40,297 nucleotides of DNA from Conidiobolus incongruus B7586 (taxonomy: Eukaryota), in NCBI GenBank assembly GCA_000697335.1, contig JNEM01008732.1, forward strand, positions 1 through 40,297, read 5' to 3'. Each line of letters opens with the position of its first letter. Within the stretch, counting starts at the first letter, position 1. The notes beneath the pieces are model-generated. The model was not told the DNA's origin. It worked only from the letters and a program-made list of their open reading frames with translations, and made no database searches. Positions 1-12,639 of this stretch are shown here, one piece after another. The position numbers and the translations under genes were made by a program.

Positions 1-9
1 TTTTCTCAG

Positions 10-1518
10 ATTTTTGATGCCTATACCAACTTTGAAGAGTCTGTATTGGCTTCCGATATGGAGAAACAACAACTCATAGAGGAAGATCCAAATGCCAATA
101 TTGACTTTGATACCAGTTTACTTGATTTAAGACTTTTGAGATTTGAAAAATTAATGGACAGAAGACCTTTCTTACTCAACAAAGTGTTATTACGTCAAAA
201 TCCTCACAATGTTAAAGAATGGCGCAATCGTGTCAATTTATATAAGAATGCTAATATGATCGATAAGGCCATCGAAACATTTGTTGAAGCGATTAATACC
301 ATTCATCCTCGCAAAGTCACTGGCAACGACTTACCACTACTATGGCAAGACTTTGCCAAATTCTACGAAGAAAATGGCGACTTGAATCAAGCTCGTGAAG
401 TTTTTGAAAAGGCTGTTCAAGCTCCATACCGCAATATTGAAGATCTGGTTAATACATGGACCTTCTACGTCGAATTGGAGTTAAGACACGCTAACTTAGA
501 ACAAGCTGCCGCATTGCTTGGAAGGGCTTTGTCACCTCCAACCAATTTCCGTCAAATCGATTTCAAGGACGACAAGGTCCCGGTGCAGAACCGTCTGTTC
601 AAATCCATCAAACTGTGGTCCCTTTACGCTGATTTACAAGAAAGTTTGGGTAAAATGGATGCCACTCGCGCTGTTTACGATAAAATTTTAGAGCTCAAGA
701 TTGCCACTTTGAAAACTATTGTTAATTATGCGAATTATCTTGAAGAAAATAGATACTTTGAAGATTCATTCAAAGTTTATGAACGAGGCCTCGCTCTATT
801 CTCATATCCTGTCGCTTTCGAAATTTGGAACATTTACTTGACCAAATTTTTGAAGCGTTATCAAGGTACTAAACTCGAACGGGCCAGAGATCTTTTCGAG
901 CAAGCTTTGGATCAATGTCCTGCACAGTACGCTAAGCCCATCTATTTATTATATGGTAAAATGGAAGAAGATTATGGCAGCGCTCGTCAAGCTTTAAGAA
1001 TCTACGACAGGGCAACCAAATCCGTGGGAGAAAAGGACCGTTACGACATGTACAAATTCTACATTGCTAAAGCTGGAAATTCTCTTGGACTTGCAGCTAC
1101 GCGTGAAATATACCAAAGAGCCGTGGAAACGTTGCCGGATCGCCAAGCGCGCGACATGTGTCTCGAATTCGCGGATCTCGAGCGCAAACTTGGGGAAATC
1201 GATCGCGCACGCGCGCTTTACGGCCACTGCTCGCAATTCTGCGATCCCCGCACTGATAGCCAATTCTGGGAAATTTGGAAAGATTTCGAAATTGCTCATG
1301 GCATTGAGGAAACTTATAAGGAAATGTTACGAATTAAGAGATCCGTAGAAACCAAATTTAATACGAGTATCGAATTCTTATCGGGTCAGGTTGGTAAACA
1401 AAGTGATAATTCTTCGGTCACTCCTGGGTTTGTAAAATCTAAATTGCAGAAAATTGAAGGAACTGTCAAGTTGGAGGAGGAACCAAAGGTTTCCAATCCT
1501 GACGAAATTGATATTTAA
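10..1518 (+). CDS. SYF1: Pre-mRNA splicing factor SYF1/XAB2 (HAT/TPR repeats), final long exon; 5' end lies outside the window
   Basis: Acceptor ttttctcag at 1-9, then in-frame IFDAYTNFEES...; motifs FEKLMDRRPFLLNKVLLRQNPHNVKEW, KLERARDLFEQAL, ERKLGEIDRARALY, ETYKEMLRIKRSV and C-terminal NPDEIDI are typical of Syf1/XAB2. Confidence 0.95.
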   Translation: MFDAYTNFEESVLASDMEKQQLIEEDPNANIDFDTSLLDLRLLRFEKLMDRRPFLLNKVLLRQNPHNVKEWRNRVNLYKNANMIDKAIETFVEAINTIHPRKVTGNDLPLLWQDFAKFYEENGDLNQAREVFEKAVQAPYRNIEDLVNTWTFYVELELRHANLEQAAALLGRALSPPTNFRQIDFKDDKVPVQNRLFKSIKLWSLYADLQESLGKMDATRAVYDKILELKIATLKTIVNYANYLEENRYFEDSFKVYERGLALFSYPVAFEIWNIYLTKFLKRYQGTKLERARDLFEQALDQCPAQYAKPIYLLYGKMEEDYGSARQALRIYDRATKSVGEKDRYDMYKFYIAKAGNSLGLAATREIYQRAVETLPDRQARDMCLEFADLERKLGEIDRARALYGHCSQFCDPRTDSQFWEIWKDFEIAHGIEETYKEMLRIKRSVETKFNTSIEFLSGQVGKQSDNSSVTPGFVKSKLQKIEGTVKLEEEPKVSNPDEIDI

Positions 1519-2929
1519 AGCATATAATTTAAACATAAATCATTTGAATTAGTTTGAATTTCAACATTAAAAACTACAAATTATTAATTTTTATATAAAT
1601 ATCATCTTGCATAATTAATACCATTTATCTTATCTTTAAAGCTAATTAAACTGGTAAATAAAAAAATAATTCAAATAAGAATGTTAATTATTTTTGAAAT
1701 AATTCTTAATTATATTATATAATATTTTTTTAGTTAAGATACAAAATTATTATTTAAAACTTATAAATATATGTATATTTTTCGACATCTTATATTGATG
1801 AAAATATCAAATACTAAAAATTATTTAAAATTCATTATTAAAATATTTATATATAGATTTTTTTTACTAGTTTTTAATTATTAACTTTTCATCAAGTTTT
1901 AAAAAATTAAATGTTTTATCAATTATAATACTATAACTATTCATTGATAGTATAAATTTATTTTATTAAAAAACCAGGGATAAAATATAGTTGAATTTAA
2001 TACAATACAATTAGTAATGATTATTTTTATATAATTTATATTAAATATTTTATTTTATTATTCTAGATTTATTGCCATTAGTTTAATATCATTCAATACT
2101 TTTTATAATTTGTCAATTATTATAAGTCTAAAATTTACCTATTAATATAAAAAAAAGTTAAATATGAATAAATTTGTATATTATGAATTTATTTTATTAT
2201 ACTCAATTATAACATTTGAATTCATATACCAAAAATTAAAATGATTTAATAATTACAAAAAAATCCTATTTAAAAAAGATTTAAGGAAATAATGATAAAA
2301 TCATAAGTAAAATAAGATATTAAATTTGATTAAAATAAAGCTGTTCTTATAATTTATATTGATTATAAGAATTCTTATCACTATTTGATCAATGATTAGA
2401 TCAATTATCACTTGGGACAAATATATTTGGATATTATTATGTAATTATATTTATTTTGAAATAATATAACACTAATCACATTAATATCATGTTTAATCAA
2501 ATATACATATTTATATGTTTTTATTTCCAATATAGAAAAAAAGACAAATATCATTACATACTCTTGTATATTGGGATAATGATGGAAAAGTTAAAATCAT
2601 GTAAATTTTAAGTGGTATTAAGTTTTACCTAGTATTTAATATTTAGTTATATTTTTAAATAAAAAAACAATATCTAAAATTAATAAAAAATCAAAATATA
2701 TTTTATAAAAATCTATTCAAATCTTAAGAATAAAATTTTAAAATAATAAATTTAATATTAATAAAAGAAAATAATATTTGAGAATAAAATAATTGGAGAT
2801 ATTGAGTTAGAACTTAATTCAAATACTTTCTATTCTAAACTTTAATAAATTATAATATATAAAAGATTCTTTTTGAAGTTATCATTATTTACAAAAATAA
2901 GCTCTTATATTATTTAATTAATCTTTTTA

Positions 2930-3950
2930 AATATATATTTAAAAATGAATTAATAAAGCTTAAATTCCTTAATCCAAATATTGAAAAAAATAACTTAACT
3001 AAGGAGCTTAAAATATCTGTTTTAATATTAAAAATTGATTAATAAAAAAGTTATAATTGAGATTTAATAAAAATAAAGTGAAAAATTATTAAGAGTTAAA
3101 AATAGCTAGAAGGATAAAATTTATTTTTATTTTTAAATAAAAGTAAATCTTAATAATATGGTTTAAGATTTTAAAGAAAAATACAATTAATATGTTTTTA
3201 AGGTTATTATGGATAATATGTATTTAATGAATGAATAATCAAAAGCCAAATATTAAAATATCAAATCTTTTAAAGATAAATACCAACAAGTATTAGTAAA
3301 ACTTTGTAATATTCAATATATAATAAAAAATAATTCCTTGAAAATTTATAATATTATATTTTTTATATATAATAAATTATAATTTTTAAAATATAAATAA
3401 ATAAAATAAATTTTAATTATTTATTTATTTAATATATTGAAAAAATAATATTGACTATATGATTTATTATAAGGATATATTAATTAAAGGAATTATGTTA
3501 TTATTAAAAATTAGTTATAATTATTAATTTCAAAAAAATTAAGTTGGATGAACTTTATGTTGAAATTTTACTATTATTATCAAAAAAATAATAAAAAGGC
3601 TTCTAAATAAAAAAAATTAAAAAATCCTGGCCTTTGAGTTTAGTATAAAAACTCTAATAATAAACTACTCTTATAATTTATTATTTGTTAATAAAATATT
3701 AGGATAATTTATTGTCTTTATTTTGTTTATAAGTTAAAAAGTTACTAGCCTTAAAAAGAAATTTATTAAAATAATTTTTATAAAATAAGAAAAAAAAAGT
3801 TTAGAAGGTGAAAATTAAGTTTAAGAACTTTATAAATATGATGCAAAGAAACTTGTTAAATAGATTTTTAAACAGTATGGCATAATTTTTTAAGAGTTAA
3901 AAAATGATGAAAAACTGTTAAATAAATTCAAAATAAATATGAAAAAAATT
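2930..3950 (+). mobile_element. Possible highly degenerate DNA-transposon relic (HTH-like N-terminus; family unassigned)
   Basis: Extremely AT-rich but coding-like: KNELIKLKFLNPNIEKNNLTKELKISVLILK from 2941 (HTH-like), then ILIIWFK and IKSFKDKY fragments reminiscent of pogo/Tc5 DNA-binding domains after G->A/C->T change; many stops; no TIR identified. Confidence 0.3.
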
Positions 3951-4905
3951 TGTTGAAATATTCTCAATATAGAATAAACAAAGCTTTCTTATCAAAAAAA
4001 GGGAATACCTATGACACAAGGCAATTATTAGTGAAAAATAATACACATGTAAAATATGCAATAATTATATGTATTTGCATATATAACTCAGATAAAACAA
4101 GACTTAAATGACTTTAATATCATATAAAGAAAGATCAAACCATCAATATTACTAGAAACATAGTTCTTTGCTATCTAACAGTCAATTAAGCTAGCCTTCA
4201 AGGATTGACGTTGAAGCTTACCCCCTTAGAGCCTTTGAACTCAATGCAGGTCTTGGACAAGAGTGATCGAATTTGATCAACTTTGGATAATTTTGATTAT
4301 AAGCAAAAGATCTATGTATTTTTTTTAATTAATAAGAAACATTCATTATTTTGAAAATTTTTTATTAAATATTTTTATTAATATTGATCTATAAAGTTAT
4401 TAATTTATGAAAATATTCTAAATATATATAGTAAATTAAAACTACTCCAGATGACTCGAAAAGTTGATTCTTATTGATAAAATTTACATTATCTTAAAAG
4501 GAACGATTATCATAATATATCTCATCAATATTAGGATTCTTTAGTAAGTTATAGAAAATGAGTTTATCATAACAAATATTGTGTTTTGATTATTATTCTA
4601 TAAGAAATACAAATCGGACCTTAAAGTAAATTGAAATTTTTTAGAAACAAAATATTTGTATATGAATATATGGCCACATTGACTTTTCTTCAGACTTTGA
4701 CCATATAGTCTTAAGACTTTAAAATTTTGTTTAAATTAATATTAAATTATAAAACAATCTGTTTAAGTTAATATTTGATATTCAAATTTAGTAAATATTC
4801 ATTTCGAGTTTTTATTTAAATCCATTAATTTTCAAGTGATCAAAAACTCAAGTATACAAAAATAATTAATAACAAGTAGGTTTAAAATTAATTTATTCTA
4901 GTGAT

Positions 4906-4908
<3 letters not shown>

Positions 4909-4937
<29 letters not shown>
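4909..4937. repeat. (AT)n microsatellite
   Basis: Perfect AT dinucleotide run. Confidence 0.95.
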
Positions 4938-5124
4938 CTAATATGATACAATACAGCATCTTAATTTTTTCTTTATATTTCTAAATTAATTATCAATGGG
5001 TAAATAGTAATTATTAAAATAATTTAAAATAATAATATTTGAATATAATGGAAATGAGGTGTTAATACTGATCAGAAAAAAAATCAATAGAATTTGAAGT
5101 TTCTGACTATGTCAATAAAACTAT

Positions 5125-6066
5125 ATGGGGTATTTGGGTGGTATCTCGTCTGGTGTCAACAAATTAGCTGTGGGTCACCCTTTTGATACGTAAGAAACTT
5201 ATGAATTGTGATTAACCTATTTGACTGAATTTGGTTTAGTGTTAAAGTTAGACTCCAGACAGAAGGTTATAATGGGAGGTTTATCTCACCTATACGGTGC
5301 TTGATGAGTACAGTAAGGAAGGGAGCTATGTTTGCAGTTTATAAGGGTGCTACATCCCCTCTCTTTGGTTGGGCTTTGATCGATTCTTGCTAAGTGGGCA
5401 TTTACAATATGCTTAAAATCCAAATCGCAAATTTGAAAGGGCAAACTGTTGATGTATGAGATATAGAGACATTGTCATAGCTGGGTGGAGTGGTGGAGTA
5501 GTGTCAGCTATCGTTGCTACACCTGCTGAACAGGTAAATATTAATATGATGATTCAATATTTGCGATAATAATAACAACATACATAATAGATCAAAGCAA
5601 AACTTCAAGTTTAATATGACGCGACCACCAAGCTCTATAGTGGACCCATTGACTGCGCCAAAAAACCGATCCAAAACAGAGGTATCACGGCATTGTGATC
5701 GGGCTGGGAGTCTACCATTCTATTCAGAAGTTTTTTTGGGTGTTTTGGCACACATATTTTCTAACAAAGAAAATACTTCAAAGTACCTTAGTGGATGCTT
5801 CGTGGCATCTCTTCTTAGCTGGTGGCGTGGCTGCAACATCATTTTGGATATGCTCATTCTCTTTTGATATGGTGAAAAATCGAATTATGGCTCAACCAGA
5901 AGCTAAGCCTCTGAAATATCTATACTTTGGCGCTTGCTTCAAATACATCTATCGCACAGAAGGCCTCAAAAGTTTTTACAGAGGATTCACGCCATGCTTA
6001 CTCAGATCTTTCCCCTCTAATGGCACTACTCTAATGGTATATGAAGGATTTATGAGTTTTCAATAA
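5125..6066 (+). pseudogene. Mitochondrial carrier family (SLC25; Ymc1/carnitine-ornithine carrier-like) pseudogene with two introns
   Basis: Spliced translation gives MGYLGGISSGVNKLAVGHPFDT|VKVRLQ, ATPAEQ|IKAKLQV*YD and FSFDMVKNRIM...FYRGFTPCLLRSFP (three Px[D/E]xxKxR-type carrier repeats); premature stops at 5391 (TAA), 5612 (TAA) and 5696 (TGA), plus frameshifts near 5455 and in the T-run near 5730. Confidence 0.88.
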
Positions 6067-8499
6067 TTTATTAAATAATCCATATCCTATTATTCTAATA
6101 ATATAAAATCAAATATTTTTCATATATCTAATTTTTATATTGAATTATAATTTTTTTCTTATAATTTTATATTAAAATATTTATTAAATATTATATATTA
6201 TATAAAATACAGTTTAAAAATGATTAAATAAAAATTATTTTTATTTTTAATTAAACAATCATAATATTTAATAGATTTTTTTTAATATTATATTTTTTAT
6301 TGATTTATTTTTAACAATTAGTGAATTTCAGATTAAAAAATAATACACATTTGTGGTCATCAATTGCTTTATATGGATAGTTCAAATATTCTCATTTTAA
6401 ATCAGATAATTGAGATGTTCAAACATTAAATGCAGGATAGTTGGTTGTAAATATTTAAATACCTTAAAATTTATTTTAGTCAATTATGAAACGATTAGGC
6501 TAATTATAACTGATAGATATTAATATTAGCATTTTTATGATATTATCTTTGAGTGTTTTATTAAGTTTTATTAATATTGATTTTGACTAGTCTTTTAAAA
6601 TATAAAATAAGAAAGTTCACTTTTTGAAAGTGAGCATTAAGGGATGGTTATTAAATTCATAAATCACTTGATAATCAATAATTTTTTGCACATATTCGTC
6701 AGTTTTGCTATTAACATCACCTTCAATATTGTGGTTTGTAATGATTAAAACATTCAAGTAATAATGGATATTGATAATTTATGATTAAATTTTGGAAAAA
6801 TTCTAATAATAACTTGACTGTATTAAATTTCAAACTATTAACTCTGCTTTTTAGATGTTAAACGCAATTTATGATTTCAAAATTATTAGGACTTGGTATT
6901 TTACGTAGAATCAGCTTTTGAGGCTTATCTTGAGAAAAGATATATTTTTTAAGTTGAATATTGAATATTATATATTAGAAAACTATACTTGATACTATAA
7001 AAATCTATTACAGTTTATTTTCATGTATTTGTAATGATCAACTTATAATCAATATTATGATTGGATTGAAATTAGCGGTATTTAATCAACAAATAAAAAT
7101 ATAATATGTGTCAATGTGAGAATAAAAAAATATATAATTCTTATAAAAGATTTAACGAATCAAGTTAATAGCAAGTATTGAATGCAAAGTATCTTAATGA
7201 AAAATAATATGATAAATAGTATAAAGTTTAAATGATATTAAAAGCAATAAAATGAGTTGAAATAAATTTCTTGGAGTATGTTCAAGTGACTTGTATTGAT
7301 GAAAATAATATTAAAATAAATAAATTGATAATTCAGGTATTTAAATCTATTTTGACTCAATAATTCAAAAATTAAGCTAAGTAACATTTTTAGGGTTCTA
7401 TAATGTTATGGTTTGATATAAACAATTTTGAGATTTATGGAATTTATAATAAATAGTACGATATTATCTATAAATTATATTCGTAACTTTCTAAGAACCT
7501 TTGCTGACAATTATTAATTGAATTTTTTTTAATTGAATTCACTTAATTTAATTGGTTTATGACTAAATTAAGATTTTTTTTAATTGAGAGTTGGTTGGAG
7601 AGATGATTTCATTGATTCAATGATTCTTCATTAGTAAAATTAGACTTAGATATATGAAAATTGAATATATTAAGTATTATAATTCATTGTCTTTTATTAT
7701 ATTTTAATGAATATTAATCAAATATTGTTAAATAAACATTATATATTTTTCATTATTGGTAAATGTTTTAAATAGATAAGAGTATTCAAGTTATAAATTT
7801 CAAGTAATTTTGAGTCAATATTGATATTTCTAAATGAGGAAGTTAACGCTTACAAAGGAGATCGAATACAGTAATCAGTGCTCAATAGGTATTCTTGGTT
7901 AAGTAAAGTTGTGGAGTTGAGTAGCTAAAGCAAATGGATGTTTGACTCAGCATTTCAAGTGATAAGATGGCTCAAGACAAATATTGAGTAGTGCGGATTG
8001 ATTGTAAACTAATTTCAAATTCAAATGAAACATCTTTCAATTTATTCAATAAATGCACTTGGAATTCCTCATGACAGTTGCGAATATTTCCCATATCCAG
8101 TTATGATTTCTACCATCAGTTATTAATCATCACTCTTCTAAACATTGATTATATGTTATTTCTTCCCTCTGCTTGATATAACATACAAGTTGAAGGTTCC
8201 AAACTACCCTCAGCTATCGTCTTTATCTTATCCCTTTTGAAAACTCCCTGACTTAACAGTTTAAACAATAATTCAATCCTTTTTTGTTCCCTCTTTTTTG
8301 ATTTTTGGTTTTGTTTGCAAATTGTCATCATTTCAATATTACTTAAATAATATCTAAAAACTATTTGACACTACGCTAACAATAATATACGACTTGTAAC
8401 TCTTTCTTGTGTAATATTTTGAGTTTCAACTTATTCTATTTACTCTTCAATCAACTGGTTAAATTTGTATCCTTTCTTTAATTTGCCCGACAGGCTAAC

Positions 8500-11400
8500 A
8501 TGGTTCCTAATTCCACTGCCTTGTTGAATGAACTATCTTCCAGTGGTAGGAAGCATAGTCAGGTACTTGAACTAAATTATTCTTTCATTCTGCTCGGTTT
8601 TTAATATTTGATATATTTGCTACGTAGCTTTATAATGAGAATATTTCTGAAAATGGCCAAAATGGTGTTCCTTCATCAAATTCTACTCACTCATTAACAT
8701 CTTCATCTACTTTGGATTATCAAAAATCTCATGAAGTAAGTCTATTACCATAATCATTTAAGTATCACACTAATAAATTATTAGGAATTAAGTGGTTCCA
8801 CTCCTCAGCCTATTTATCCCTACATTCAGGGAATGAATCTTTCCTCACTTTCGAAAACCGACTTTCATAGATCAAATGGCTCTTTGAAAGCTCACAGCTC
8901 TGGTAAGTTCTTTTTACTATTATTAAAGAAAAAAAAATCAATTTTATTGATCTTTTATATAGACTGTATGCATGGAATATTAGGCAATGATATTTGGAGT
9001 AATAACCCATCGGTATTTTATTCCACTATCATTTTTTTATTTCCTTTTAACTAATTTCTTAATAGAATGTCCATTCCAAAGCTTCTACCCCTGAAGAAGA
9101 AGACTGGACTCCTCTCTATCGATCCAATAATAATAATAATAATATTATGAGTCGTCCTAATAAGAGTTTTGTAGATTTATTACAGCAGGTATATATAGCT
9201 CAATATTATAAATTTATTTTATTTATTCTTTTTAGAATGTTTCACGTTCTCCTTCTCCTAATTTCCTTCCTACTCTATCTCATAGAAAGTCAGCTGCTTC
9301 CCTCAACTCTCACTCTCCTTCCGAACCAAGATTGCGCTCTAATGTTAAGTCTTATAGCAATTTGGATCTTTCTGCTCCAGAATATGTTCCAAGAGGATAT
9401 TCTACCGAAAATCCCGGATTTATTGGTTCCAAAAAACCTTCTTTTAGTGAGCATACTCTTGATGGTTTACACAACTTTAAAAGACGTATGTCTCCGCCTT
9501 CTCGTGCTTCTTCCTTCTCAAGTGGTTTCAGTATGAATAACAACCAAAATATTCTTAACATTGATGATCCAACCAACTCTCTTCATAATCTTCATCTTGA
9601 TGACGACGATACCTTCCATGCTGAACCTGAAGATACCCTTGACCGCGATGACCTCTACTCTAGCTTTGTTTCTATGAAGGTAATTATACATTTTAAATTT
9701 GTCAATTATTTATTTATTTTTATATTATAGAAACCTGAAATTGGGCGTCATAATTCTTTATTAGATATGACTATTTCGCCCCGTGTAGCTGCTGCCTATA
9801 ATAGTCCTTTCATGGATCGTAAGTGTTTTTTAAGATTTTTGTGACTTTGATATTTATTATATATTTAGGTCCTCGAATTCCATTACGTAGCAGTAATTCT
9901 GGTATGTATACTTGCTAACTCTATATTTTTCCTCTATTTATTATTTTATAATTGAGCAAACACTAACCTCAGTATTTAGTTAATGACTTGGCCCGGCAAT
10001 ACCATATGAACGATCCTTTGAATCCACATACTCCTCAAAGAAGTGGGAGTTTTTTTGGAGCTCCTCCAGGAAGATTTCCTTTTGAATCTCGTGATAGATT
10101 GAACCAATTCCCAAGGCAACCTGATATTATACTTGAGCAAACTGGAGGTCGTAATTTTGCTTCAAGTATGAGCTATGTAGAACCTAGCATGATTCCGAAT
10201 GTTTCTCAAACTTCCAACTACTCTGAACCCAGACTTCGTCATCAAGCTTCTCAAGGCTTCAATACCACCCAATATGGTTCTCCTACTATCTCACGTCTCG
10301 GGACTTATGGTTTGTCACCTAAGCCTTCAATGGAATTCAACCAGCATTTCACAGCATCTAAATCTGTTGACAGCCCTAGTCAAAATAACAATATTAATGT
10401 TACTCCTCGCAGTTCCCTTCTTGAAGAGTTTAGAACAAATAAGAACAGAAAATATGAACTTTCCGATATTGCAGGAAATGTTGTAGAATTTAGTGGGGAC
10501 CAACATGGTTCTAGATTCATTCAGCAGAAACTAGAGACTGCTACCGATGAGCAAAAACAAAAAACTTTTGACGAAATACTTCCTCATAGCTTAACTTTGA
10601 TGACTGATGTTTTTGGCAACTATGTTATTCAAAAGTTTTTTGAGCATGGTACTCAAAAACATCGTGACATTTTAGCTGCTCAAATGGAACCACATATCCT
10701 TTCTCTATCCCTTCAAATGTATGGCTGTCGAGTTGTTCAAAAGGCATTGGAGCATGTCCCTCCTCCACAACAAGCCAGAATGGTTAAAAAACTTGAAGGC
10801 CATGTTCTTAAATGTATCAAAGATCAAAATGGTAATCATGTCATTCAAAAAGCCATTGAACGTGTAGACCCCTCTCAAATTCAATTTATTATTTCTGCCT
10901 TCAGTGGTCAAGTGTTCGGATTGGCTACCCATCCATATGGATGCCGAGTTATTCAGCGTATATTTGAACACTGCTCAGAGACTATGACCAGACCAATTTT
11001 GGAAGAACTTCACAGATATACACAAACTCTGGTACAGGATCAATACGGAAACTATGTCATTCAGCACGTTTTGGAAATGGGTCTCCCTATTGATCGCACT
11101 CTGATTGTAAATAAAATTAAAGGACAAGTCCTCCAAATGAGTCGTCACAAATTTGCTAGCAATGTCGTCGAAAAATGTATCGCCTACGGAAGCAAGGAAG
11201 ACAGACAAGTTATCATCCAAGAGGTTATTCAACCTCGAGGCGATGGGTAAGTGTTATTATGAGACTTATATGACTTTGGCTAACTTTAAAATAGATGCGC
11301 ATTAGTAGCAATGATGAAGGACCAATTTGCTAACTATGTTGTCCAAAAAATGTTAGATGTTGTTGACGAAGATCAAAAAGAGCTATTAATTCAAAAAATC

Positions 11401-11600
11401 AAACCTCATTTGGCTTTATTAAAGAAGTACACTTATGGAAAGCATTTAATTGCCAGCAAAATTTCCAACTTTGGTAGGTATTTAATATATGTTTGTATTT
11501 TCATATTACTGATCGTTTAATAGAAAATGAAAAATCTACTTCAACCACTTATGACAATATCTGTAACAACGAAGACTCGTTACACTCCTCCCCTAAATAA
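8500..11600 (+). CDS. Pumilio/PUF-family RNA-binding protein (Puf3/Pum type), multi-exon
   Basis: Eight PUF repeats with canonical recognition motifs SRFIQ, NYVIQ, CRVVQ, NHVIQ, CRVIQ, NYVIQ, SNVVE, NYVVQ and the terminal KKYTYGKH; Ser/Asn-rich N-terminal exons link by GT-AG introns from ATG 8500 (MVPNSTALL...); last exon ends TAA 11598-11600. The N-terminal exon structure is inferred. Confidence 0.92.
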
Positions 11601-12639
11601 GCGATTAATTTTTGAAAATTATTTATTTTTCAAGAATCTTGTACAGAAATTACATTCTAGTTTCTTAGAGACTACAGTGTTGATTTAGTATATTTGTTTT
11701 GATTATTAATTGTATAGATCCTTTTATATCCAAAAATTATTTCTTGAGACAGCATTCAACCTCCTTCCCCCTCCTTCTTTATAAGTCATTAGTTGTTAAC
11801 TTTCCTTTCAAAAACCTACACCTATCTTTGTTTATTTACACTAAAAACGCTATCTCAATAAAAAGTACATATTGATCTTTTATTTAAATACTATTCCTTA
11901 TAATTTCTGTATTTACTAAGCATTATTATGAATTCCTTATTAAATTACAAGCTGTTCAATCAAAATTAGAATATTTCACGTATTATGCTGGAGATAGCAT
12001 ATACATATATAACTTTTTTGGAATATGCAATAGAATATTTTAAATATTAAATTTACTAATTAAGATTAATCATTTTTATTCATCATTTTTCAAATTTATT
12101 GTTATTTGTTATTTCAAGTTAATTGAAAATCTACAATTCATTTATTTAAAATGAATAAAAATATTATTGAATATTGAATAAAATATTTGCTACTCATAAT
12201 TAATAAAAAAATCGTTTATTTCAGTCAAAATATTTTATATATTGCAATAAAGCTTAAAGATGCTTAATTTCAATTATGTCAAAACCATCATTTTTAAGTA
12301 TATGTGTTAACTATTTACAAATGTATTAATTCAACAAAATAATTATTTAATTCAGATACCAAATTGCCAATAATGAAATAGATTCTAATCATTATATATT
12401 GATTTATTATATTGTATTTATGAGTATATATAAACATTTTCAATTGAGTTTGAATAAATTTAATTAATATTTTATTATAATAGAATGTAAATTATTAATC
12501 AATTAAATGAATAAGATATTGTATATATCTATTGAGAATATATATTTGTTATCAATATTAATAAAAAAATGATAAAATGATATCGAACGACCTGCAATGT
12601 TTATTATAAATAGATAGCATATATCATTTAATTAAGAAA

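Noticed and set aside
994..1348. Overlapping or antisense short ORFs in SYF1, and similar ones in PUF, UGA1, MSH6, HAS1, Smr and the 33641 and 37065 genes
   Set aside because: Shadow frames of real coding exons.
5391..5698. Stop codons repaired by RNA editing in the carrier gene
   Set aside because: Accompanying frameshifts indicate a true pseudogene.
8149..8331. 60-aa minus-strand ORF
   Set aside because: Antisense of the pyrimidine-rich PUF upstream region; no recognisable motif.
8467..8493. GTATCCTT resembling a U12 5' splice site upstream of the PUF ATG
   Set aside because: It lies only ~27 nt from the next AG, within a pyrimidine tract; there is no room for a U12 intron and no U12 branch site.
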